Shown piece after piece: positions 37,298 to 45,378 of a stretch of DNA of 64,000 nucleotides. The notes under the pieces are model-generated. The model made no database searches, was not told the DNA's origin, and saw nothing but the letters and a program-made list of their open reading frames with translations. The first letter of the stretch is position 1. Every line of letters starts with the position of its first letter. The position numbers were made by a program, and so were the translations under genes. Source of the stretch: Bacteroidales bacterium (GTDB lineage: Bacteria; Bacteroidota; Bacteroidia; Bacteroidales; VadinHA17); assembly GCA_034003345.1 (NCBI GenBank), contig JAVEYS010000003.1, positions 4,789 to 68,788 on the forward strand. Direction: 5' to 3'.

Positions 37298-40200
37298 ATG
37301 CTGATGAATTGCAGATATAACATCCTCAGATACTTACTGCTTGTGCTATTGCTTTCAGGAATGTCCGGAACAGCACTTTTCTCACAGCAGGAGCTGACGG
37401 TCAATGTTATGGTAAGGCCGCCATACGGGACAAAGCTTGATCTTTATCCTGACCTGACCACGGTTACAATCACCTATCCCTACTCAACAAGTGGGATCCT
37501 CTTCTTCCACATCAAGGGCAATAACGGCGTTGACCTGGTTACTGCTCCCGATTATTTTGGCGCCGGCGTCAACATTAATGCCAATGAGATCAACCAGTAC
37601 ACCGGCAACGATATTTCAGGGTATTTTGATTATCAGAACCTGATCAGCAGGGGTATTCCCATGCAGGAGCTGATTGAAAACGGACTGCCGGAAGGGAGTT
37701 ATCAGATATGTGTCAGGGTCAAGGGTCCTGACGGTGGATTCATCTCACCGGACGAGCCGATGGGTTGCAGCAACTTCTTCAGCATCCGCTACGGGGAACC
37801 TCCCATGACTGTCAACCCGCAGTGCGGTGCCACCATTACTCAGCCGGCGGTTCAGAATATTGTTTTCACCTGGACCCCGGCGACCAATGCTCCCGCGTGG
37901 ACAAAGTACACACTCAAGATAGTTGAACTGATCGACTCGACCCAGAATCCTGATGCTGCCATGCTGTCGGCAACGGAGCCGGCCTTCTTCGAGACAGAAC
38001 TGCAGGGAAGGTTCTCATTTTACTATGGTCCGGCACAGCCCATCCTGGAGAAGGGCAGGGTCTACGCCTGGCAGGTGATTGCCGAGGAGAGGGAGACAGA
38101 GGCAAAATTCTCAAATAACGGGCGCAGTCCTGTATGCTGGTTTAAATGGGATCCCTTTGAAATACCGTCAATATCAGAAGGCCCGGCAGAAATGGTTGTA
38201 GCCGGTAAAGCCAAGTTGGAGCCTGTAACAGGTCCCGGTCAGATACCGGTCTCTGTAGTCACAGGAAAGCTCAATTATAAATTCAAGGGGACACTCTCAT
38301 CATCGGCTGTTTCACAGCCCACAGCCCAGTTAAGCACATCGCAGGGTGGCATGCAGGCTGTCGGCGACGGTCTTCAGTATAATGTCAGTGATGTAAGCCC
38401 CGGTAATTCCAATCCGCTGGCCAATGTCAAGGTCAGTCTTATTGTGTCATATGTTCTCAAGGGAACAATAAACAACCAGACATACAACGGGATGCCGGTT
38501 GACATGAATAATATGAAGGATGATCAGAAGTTTCTGGAGGTATTTCCCGATCACGGTAAAGTACTTGCCACAGCAACCACAGCATCCGATGGCAGCTTCT
38601 CGTTTACCTTCATGAACACAGCACAGGACCTTGGCCTTCTGGATGAGGATGCATACTGGAAATCGACCGGGGGCGAATTCTTCGACATGATGACCGGCAA
38701 GGTCTATAAGGTGTTCAGGCTGCTGGTGGAAAACAGGTATTACTGCAGTCCCGATATAAATATCAAACTCGAACCCTGGCAGTCTCTGGATCTTGGAACG
38801 CTGGTATCATATGTCAAGAGTTATAACCTGAAGGTCAGTACGGAGTGGGACACTGCCCGGTTCTGGAATGTTGAGGGAGGGAAGGGCAAGCCACTGGATA
38901 AGGTAAAGACGGTAATTGTGAGGAAGACAAAAGTGGCAGGTGTACCGCGTGATGAGGTGGTCTATCCTGTCTCAGGCAACCAGCCATACTTAAATGTCTA
39001 TCCCAAAAACCTCCAAAGCGAATTAAGCGGTGAGGACGGCACTGTTACCTTCAGGAACCTGGTACAGCACGATCCGGACAACAACCAGGACAGGTACTAT
39101 GTGGTTTGCGAGCCTGATAAAAACAGCGGCCTTTACATTTTCAAAAAGAGGGAGAGGCCTTTTTATCCCATGTATGATAAAGACAAAAAGGATTTTCCCT
39201 TCAATTCGCTGAGGTACCTCGATACTGACCCCGGGATGCCGGCGACGCAGTACGAGGCTTACGGTGAAGAGACTACCTGGAACAGCCAGCTGCAGGTAAA
39301 AACCTACTCGCTCAGGATGCCGCTACTACCTGACAAACCCCGGATTGCCGGAAAAGTAGAAACGGTACAGGTGGGGACCAAGCCGCTCAGCAATGTGACA
39401 CTCATGCTGCTGAGCAATTACAAGCAATCTTCAGAATATAATGTTCTTGTGCGCACGGCGAAGACCGATGCAAAGGGGTATTATGAGTTTGACAATCTCG
39501 ATGTGGAGCTTGGCAATTACAGCACCGTGACCTACACTGAGGTTACCGGTCCGAACAGGACCATGTTCTGTTTCCCTTCAGGATTCAAAGGAAAGGCGTT
39601 TCCTTACGGGATACTGCTATGGGGGCGTCAGATAATCGAGGATATCCTTCTCGAGCCTGACGGGTTGCTTACGGGATATGTGACCGATGAAAAGGGCATT
39701 GCCGTTGCAGCTGATATACAGGTGGATGACCTTGCCTTTGCCTCCACCACGGCACAGTTTGAGTATGGCCAGTCTGCTGGTGGCAGCAGTAGCGGTGGCG
39801 GCACCCAGCAAACAGGTGCCCAGACTACAGGTGGCGGCACCCAACAAACGGGTGCCCAGCCTGCAGGCAGCACTATCCAGTCAACAGGCTTCCAGACGAC
39901 AGGCGGCGTCGCTCAGCAAATGGCCCAACAGAGCACATACCAGTCGTTTATGCCTACAGGCGTGAAACAGGTCTTCTCCATAAATGCACCTTCGGGCAAG
40001 GAGCGCACATTAACCATCATACCAAAGAATCCAGGCTATTCCGAGGAGACCTTTACCGTCGATGTGCCGAAAGCTGCCTCAACCTCTGCCGGTCAGGAGA
40101 TGAAACAATATATTGTCTATAAGATGAAAAAGAGGGTGCGGTTCATGGTGGCGGAGAAGCCCTCCGGCAACTTTTTCATGGCAGCAAACCTGAAAGCTGT

Positions 40201-43195
40201 CCCCAATGCAGAGGTAACCCTCAAAATACCAGGTGCAGAGATAACCCATACCACCGATCCCCGGGGGACAGTTGTCTTTGAATTCGATAACAACGGCTCC
40301 TCATTTACCTTTAACATAAACCCGCCTGAGGAGTCTGACCTGGAGAGTGCCTCTTACACCATCAACGACGTCGAAGACACCAGGACCGAGGTCGTCTATC
40401 CGGCGGCTCTGCTTAAAAAGGCTACCCGTATTACAGGGAAGGTCTCCATCGGGAATGACCAGCTTACAACAGCTCTTGAAGGTGCTACGGTTTACATTGA
40501 TCTGGGTAATGGCAACCGCATGGAAACCAAAACGGATAAAAGCGGGAATTACACGCTGACCAGGGTCCCGAAACAGCCTGCCCTGATTACGGTCTGGGCT
40601 TCAAAACCCAATTCCGTTCCTAATGTGATAAGCAAGTCGAAGCAGATCCTGCTTAAGGATCAGAACGTGCTTGATTTTGTCCTGGCATATGACAAGGAGA
40701 TTGCCATTGAAAACATTTTTGGCTTCGAGGCAGACATTAAGATGAAGGAGAAGCAGGCTGACGGCACATTCCTTGTCAGTGGTGCTCTTATCAACCTGCC
40801 GGCTAATCCTAACTTTGCACTCACGGAAAGCAGCCAGACCATTCCTTTCACCAGGTTGAAAATAGAGAAGAGCGGCAACAGCACCTCCTCCGGAGTGCCT
40901 CTGGGCATCCCGGCTGCGGCTGATTTCGATACTGATATCAAAGAGCTGCAACTGCTCCTTAACGGGGTATTTGGAGTATTACAAACCCCGGCCTCGGGAA
41001 CGGTGATGAAGATCAGCTCCGAAAACAGCAAGGGGAAGATCATGGGTAAGGCCGGAATAATGAAAACATCTTTTCAGTATTCGGGAAATTATATCTCCTT
41101 CCAGGATAATATTCCGATGTACCTGACCGGTCAGCCCGGAAGCACCCAGTTATCAGTAGTCACTCTGGCAGCATCCGATTACCCGGCAAAGAAATGGGGT
41201 ATTGCCGGTGCGGGAGGCACAGATATTCAGTTCAAAATCCTCGATTTCACGGCAAAGGCTGACAGGAAGACATCCTGGCTTGAAGGAGACAGGATAGGTC
41301 TTGCAACGGTGATAAGTACCAACGAGATCACCGGCATGGTCCCCTCAAAACTCAGCATCACACTTGGCGACCTGGTACTGCAGCCCTCAATGATCGAGAC
41401 TGTGACCGGCACAAAGCCGTTGTCGTTCAAGCTGGAAAAGTGGGATTTCCAGAGCACGGGGTGGTCGCTGCATCAGAATCTGAAAGGGGTATTAATCCCT
41501 CAGGGGACCATCAAAACAGGGCTGGTTGACATTCCGGTGAAGAGTGTCCTGATCACTCCTGACAACTTTAATGTAGGGTCGTTTGAGATGTCTGATCTGA
41601 CCTTTTCCGGTGTGACTCCGCTTAATATTCTCACGCAAAACAATTCGTTCGGTTATAATCCCAGCACAGGCTCCGACCTGAAGGGGCACTGGGAACTCAG
41701 GATAGTGGGTACGGAAGGAGCTCCGGGTGTCTCTATTACGGGACTGCCAGGCATGGAGCCAGGTGCTCAGCTGAATTTTCAGGCCTTCTCCCTGCTGAGC
41801 AATGGCGAGCAAAAGATCAACATGGGAGGCCTGCAGCAGGAGCTGATCTTCCACAAGATATTTAAGGTCAGGCCGATCTCCTTCTCCGGCGGCGACAAGT
41901 ATTTCGAGATGGCCGGCATCATCGACCTGGATATCCCGCGCATAGAAGCAGGCAGCGGTGTGATCAGGTTCTCCAAACCTGCTTCGGAGATCATATTCAA
42001 GATCTTTCCGCTCAATGTAGGCTTTGAGGGGCCCGGCGGAGTGAGATTCTTCGCCGGCAATGCACAGGATGACCAGAACCTTGATGCCTCAGGATTTACT
42101 GCTTCGGGCTTTATCAAAGACATGGAGGGAATCAACCTGAAGGGGAAGCTGCATCGTACTACAGGCGGTGCATGGCTTGAGGTGGATCCTGAAGGACAGA
42201 AGATGCCCCTGGGAGCCGGAGCTACCTCACTGTCGGATATAGAGGGGCGGATGGAGGTGCTGCCAGATATCAACGACTGGTCGAAGTTTACCTTCAGCGG
42301 CAGGATGACAGGATTTAACGGTATGCAGTCAAACATGACAAAGACCTTTACGGTTCACGGAAGCATTACTGCAGAGAATGAGAGCCTGGGGGTTAAGAAT
42401 ATTACGGGCGATTTTGGAGGGATGAGCCTGACCTATGACATCAAGAATGCCCGACTGACCGGAAGCATGGATATAGACAAGCAGATGGGAGCCGTACGGA
42501 TCAAGGGTGCTTCCAATATACTTGTTGATGCTTCGGGGTGGTACTTCCTGATGGGTGGTCATCTGACCGCTCCGGGATTTGGAGACATGGCTGCCGGCAT
42601 GCTTATTGGTGACTACCACGCAATGGCCCCTGATGTTGTGAGTACCCTGATGCAGTTCGCCTATGACAAGAGAGTTCCTTCTGCATTCAGAACAGGTATC
42701 TCGGGATTCTTCTTCACCGGACAGAAGAATGTACCAATCATAAATATCCCTGATTTTGAAATTGATCTTGGTGTGATGAGCGCCAGCCTCGGGCTGACAG
42801 CGGGGCTCGACGGACGCCTGTGGATGGGCTTCGATGGCAGTGGGAATGAATACGGAATAGGCGCCATGGCATTTGTGCGTGCCTGGTTCAAGGCCTCCTC
42901 CATAACCTGCACGAAGCTCAGCGCTGAAGCCAGGGCCGAGCTGGGAGCGACAGGGATATATCAGACCAGCACAGGAGCTTTCACGGCAGCCGGATGTGGA
43001 AGCTTCACCATCGGCGGGTCAGCCCGGCAGTGCTTCCCGACACCCTGCTGGGACGGTGTCTGCTGTACCGGATGCATCGGGGGAGGAATAAGCAAGAGCG
43101 TGAAGCTCGACCTGCTCTTCGATTCAAAAGGCAACACCAGCCTCGATTTCAGCTTCGGCAACTGCAGCGGACAGGCTAACCTGACAGGTAACTGA
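37298..43195 (+). CDS. giant secreted or cell-surface protein (1965 aa) with several carboxypeptidase-regulatory-like beta-sandwich modules; function unknown (operon gene 2)
   Basis: It starts 9 nt after gene 1. Signal peptide LLLVLLLSGMSGTALFSQQ. CarboxypepD_reg-like segments include IAGKVETVQVGTKPLSNVTLMLL...AKTDAKGYYEFDNL and ITGKVSIG...GATVYIDLGNGNRMETKTDKSGNYTLTRVP. There is a Q/T/G-rich linker and a Gly- and Cys-rich C-terminal part. Confidence 0.8.
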   Translation: MLMNCRYNILRYLLLVLLLSGMSGTALFSQQELTVNVMVRPPYGTKLDLYPDLTTVTITYPYSTSGILFFHIKGNNGVDLVTAPDYFGAGVNINANEINQYTGNDISGYFDYQNLISRGIPMQELIENGLPEGSYQICVRVKGPDGGFISPDEPMGCSNFFSIRYGEPPMTVNPQCGATITQPAVQNIVFTWTPATNAPAWTKYTLKIVELIDSTQNPDAAMLSATEPAFFETELQGRFSFYYGPAQPILEKGRVYAWQVIAEERETEAKFSNNGRSPVCWFKWDPFEIPSISEGPAEMVVAGKAKLEPVTGPGQIPVSVVTGKLNYKFKGTLSSSAVSQPTAQLSTSQGGMQAVGDGLQYNVSDVSPGNSNPLANVKVSLIVSYVLKGTINNQTYNGMPVDMNNMKDDQKFLEVFPDHGKVLATATTASDGSFSFTFMNTAQDLGLLDEDAYWKSTGGEFFDMMTGKVYKVFRLLVENRYYCSPDINIKLEPWQSLDLGTLVSYVKSYNLKVSTEWDTARFWNVEGGKGKPLDKVKTVIVRKTKVAGVPRDEVVYPVSGNQPYLNVYPKNLQSELSGEDGTVTFRNLVQHDPDNNQDRYYVVCEPDKNSGLYIFKKRERPFYPMYDKDKKDFPFNSLRYLDTDPGMPATQYEAYGEETTWNSQLQVKTYSLRMPLLPDKPRIAGKVETVQVGTKPLSNVTLMLLSNYKQSSEYNVLVRTAKTDAKGYYEFDNLDVELGNYSTVTYTEVTGPNRTMFCFPSGFKGKAFPYGILLWGRQIIEDILLEPDGLLTGYVTDEKGIAVAADIQVDDLAFASTTAQFEYGQSAGGSSSGGGTQQTGAQTTGGGTQQTGAQPAGSTIQSTGFQTTGGVAQQMAQQSTYQSFMPTGVKQVFSINAPSGKERTLTIIPKNPGYSEETFTVDVPKAASTSAGQEMKQYIVYKMKKRVRFMVAEKPSGNFFMAANLKAVPNAEVTLKIPGAEITHTTDPRGTVVFEFDNNGSSFTFNINPPEESDLESASYTINDVEDTRTEVVYPAALLKKATRITGKVSIGNDQLTTALEGATVYIDLGNGNRMETKTDKSGNYTLTRVPKQPALITVWASKPNSVPNVISKSKQILLKDQNVLDFVLAYDKEIAIENIFGFEADIKMKEKQADGTFLVSGALINLPANPNFALTESSQTIPFTRLKIEKSGNSTSSGVPLGIPAAADFDTDIKELQLLLNGVFGVLQTPASGTVMKISSENSKGKIMGKAGIMKTSFQYSGNYISFQDNIPMYLTGQPGSTQLSVVTLAASDYPAKKWGIAGAGGTDIQFKILDFTAKADRKTSWLEGDRIGLATVISTNEITGMVPSKLSITLGDLVLQPSMIETVTGTKPLSFKLEKWDFQSTGWSLHQNLKGVLIPQGTIKTGLVDIPVKSVLITPDNFNVGSFEMSDLTFSGVTPLNILTQNNSFGYNPSTGSDLKGHWELRIVGTEGAPGVSITGLPGMEPGAQLNFQAFSLLSNGEQKINMGGLQQELIFHKIFKVRPISFSGGDKYFEMAGIIDLDIPRIEAGSGVIRFSKPASEIIFKIFPLNVGFEGPGGVRFFAGNAQDDQNLDASGFTASGFIKDMEGINLKGKLHRTTGGAWLEVDPEGQKMPLGAGATSLSDIEGRMEVLPDINDWSKFTFSGRMTGFNGMQSNMTKTFTVHGSITAENESLGVKNITGDFGGMSLTYDIKNARLTGSMDIDKQMGAVRIKGASNILVDASGWYFLMGGHLTAPGFGDMAAGMLIGDYHAMAPDVVSTLMQFAYDKRVPSAFRTGISGFFFTGQKNVPIINIPDFEIDLGVMSASLGLTAGLDGRLWMGFDGSGNEYGIGAMAFVRAWFKASSITCTKLSAEARAELGATGIYQTSTGAFTAAGCGSFTIGGSARQCFPTPCWDGVCCTGCIGGGISKSVKLDLLFDSKGNTSLDFSFGNCSGQANLTGN
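39794..39865 (+). repeat. in-frame 36-nt tandem duplication inside the giant gene
   Basis: GGTGGCGGCACCCAGCAAACAGGTGCCCAGACTACA is followed by GGTGGCGGCACCCAACAAACGGGTGCCCAGCCTGCA. These encode GGGTQQTGAQTT and GGGTQQTGAQPA. Confidence 0.85.
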
Positions 43196-43222
43196 TGAGT
43201 AATAATTTGTAATAGGAACACA

Positions 43223-45223
43223 ATGTACAAGAAACCATATATCAAGCTCCTGATCATCTTCACTCTGATGTTCACGCTTTCCGGCCATTCCCATGCACAG
43301 GAGAACGAGCCAACCGCAGTAGCCACTGAAAAGGGGATGTGGATATACCTTGGGAATGATATCCCATCAGGGTTTCAATACCAGGTGCTGAAGAGTGTGG
43401 GGGATGGTGATTTCGTTCCTCTGGGGACAACAGCCTACCAGGGTGATCCGGGAACAATGAAAGCCACGACAGAGAAGTATTATCCGCTGTTCGGCAACCT
43501 TGACAAACCTGTAGACAGTGAGTTGTCATTCCTGCGCGATTATGCATCACGGAGCAAAACCACCGATTCAGTCTACATCTCAAACTTCCCGCTGATGCAC
43601 ATCCTTTTGGGGACTGCATTCTTTGACCCTGAAGTAACTGCCGGAAAGACATACCGGTACAGGGTGGAAAAGATAGCCGGCAAGGACCGCCTGTGGGAGA
43701 AAACCAGCAACAGGGTGACCTTTCCTGCTGAAACAGATATCCCCAGGCCCCGGTTCAGCAGCAAGCAGGAGTTCGCGTCGCAGGTGGTGGTGCGTTGGTA
43801 TGTCGCGGGAGAGAGCAGCCTCAGCTCCTTCCTCATCTACAGGAGGGTTTTCGGTAAGGGAGAATACCAGAGGCTGGATATTGAACGTGGTTTCAATATT
43901 TCGCAGGATACGATATATCTTATTGCTGCCGACACAGCAATACAGACTCCGTCCTTGTACGAATATTATATCACGCCTCTGGATATTTACGGAAACAGCG
44001 GACCTGAATCAGAGGTAGTAAATGCAGGGACGGTGGGCAGTGTCAACTACCCTGTGCCTGATTATTTCAAAGCCATGGGAGGACAAAAGGATCATCAGGT
44101 TGAGCTGTCATGGAAATTTAGTGAGACAGGTTATATGAGGAGCATCGAAGTATACCGGAGCAAATCCTTCGATGAGGGGTTCACGAGAATTGCCCGGCTC
44201 ACGCCGAAGGATACCTCTTTTACGGATATAGTGCCTGTGGCCAATGAGAACTACTGGTATTATCTCCTGATCAACGGACTGAACGGCATCGGGCCTCCCT
44301 CAGCAAAAGTATCGGCCATGTTCAGGAACAGAGGGGAGAAACCCCTTCCTCCGTCTGAGACGGGAGCGGAGAGCATCAAAGGAGGGATTAAGGTGTACTG
44401 GAGCTATTATGAGCCTTATGCCAAAGGTTTTTATGTCTATCGCTATATATATGAGACTGCTGAATTCGAGCAGGTCTCGGGATTGATACCCTCCGGTGCG
44501 GAGATATACAGTTACGCTGATACGGCAGGATACCTGCAGGGCAATGAGGTGTACCGCTATGCTGTCAGGACGGTGAACGATGTTGACCAGCTAAGCGATT
44601 TCTCCGAAACTGCCAGCGCAAGCCCGGGTAAGAAATCAACTGTTGGTAGCCCTATGAATCTGCACATCACCAAATCAGGTGATGGAGTAATTCTTGTGTG
44701 GGATGATATGCGTCAGACTGAACCGGCTCTGCTTGGTTACAAAGTGTTCAGAAGAGCAGATCCGGACGGGCGTTATACACTGTTAGCCGGCGATACACTA
44801 AGAAATGACCTGAATTATTACAGGGATACTACCCTGGCGGCAGGACAGAGTTACCGGTATACTGTCTCGGCCATTGATTTCTACGGTAACGAAAGTACAG
44901 GAAGAGTATCTGTGGCATATGTTCCGGAAGCATCAACAGTTATTGCTCCGGAGATACTGAGGGCTGTCAATACAGAAGAGGGGATACTCATAAGCTGGGG
45001 GCAGGTCACAGATGAGAAGGCTGTCTCGGTGAGGGTATACAGGTCGCGGCCGGGGTTACAGGCCTTACCTGTCTTTACTTTGCAGAAAACGGCTGATGAA
45101 TACCTTGATAAGGCCGTCTCCGAAGGAGAACTGTACAGCTATGAGATCTCAGTCGTTACGGAAGGTGACAGAGAGTCTGTCCGTAGCAGGGGGGTCACTG
45201 TCAGACGGCAGTCAGAGAATTGA
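43223..45223 (+). CDS. secreted protein of about six tandem FN3-like modules (operon gene 3)
   Basis: It starts 27 nt after gene 2. Signal peptide LLIIFTLMFTLSGHSHAQ. An FN3 G-strand signature recurs about every 100 aa: YRYRVEKIAG, YEYYITPLDIYGNSGPES, YWYYLLINGLNG, YRYAVRTVNDVDQLSDFS, YRYTVSAIDFYGNES and YSYEISVVTEGDRES. Confidence 0.75.
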   Translation: MYKKPYIKLLIIFTLMFTLSGHSHAQENEPTAVATEKGMWIYLGNDIPSGFQYQVLKSVGDGDFVPLGTTAYQGDPGTMKATTEKYYPLFGNLDKPVDSELSFLRDYASRSKTTDSVYISNFPLMHILLGTAFFDPEVTAGKTYRYRVEKIAGKDRLWEKTSNRVTFPAETDIPRPRFSSKQEFASQVVVRWYVAGESSLSSFLIYRRVFGKGEYQRLDIERGFNISQDTIYLIAADTAIQTPSLYEYYITPLDIYGNSGPESEVVNAGTVGSVNYPVPDYFKAMGGQKDHQVELSWKFSETGYMRSIEVYRSKSFDEGFTRIARLTPKDTSFTDIVPVANENYWYYLLINGLNGIGPPSAKVSAMFRNRGEKPLPPSETGAESIKGGIKVYWSYYEPYAKGFYVYRYIYETAEFEQVSGLIPSGAEIYSYADTAGYLQGNEVYRYAVRTVNDVDQLSDFSETASASPGKKSTVGSPMNLHITKSGDGVILVWDDMRQTEPALLGYKVFRRADPDGRYTLLAGDTLRNDLNYYRDTTLAAGQSYRYTVSAIDFYGNESTGRVSVAYVPEASTVIAPEILRAVNTEEGILISWGQVTDEKAVSVRVYRSRPGLQALPVFTLQKTADEYLDKAVSEGELYSYEISVVTEGDRESVRSRGVTVRRQSEN

Positions 45224-45378
45224 AAAATGGAGGTGACTTTATCTCTGTACATCATACAGACAATACATCAAAACACTTTCTTCAGCTCTTAAAATATGAA
45301 GTGCGATGCCTTTTAAAACAGAAGGTTAAATAAGCTTTAGCCCCTGTTTGGTGAAGTAGGATAAAAATAATAACCTGG

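Noticed and set aside
40601-42619. A series of minus-strand ORFs of 96-185 aa inside the giant gene (for example 41779-42336).
   Set aside because: These are shadow frames of a continuous 5.9-kb plus-strand ORF. They have no recognisable motifs and are mutually overlapping and fragmented.
34531-45378. Idea that the three-gene operon is a genomic island integrated at tRNA-Cys.
   Set aside because: There is no integrase, transposase or excisionase in the window. I found no copy of the tRNA-Cys 3' end or of the repeat unit in the distal intergenic region 45224-45378. Codon and base composition do not look different by eye. The locus is scarred, but an island is not demonstrated.
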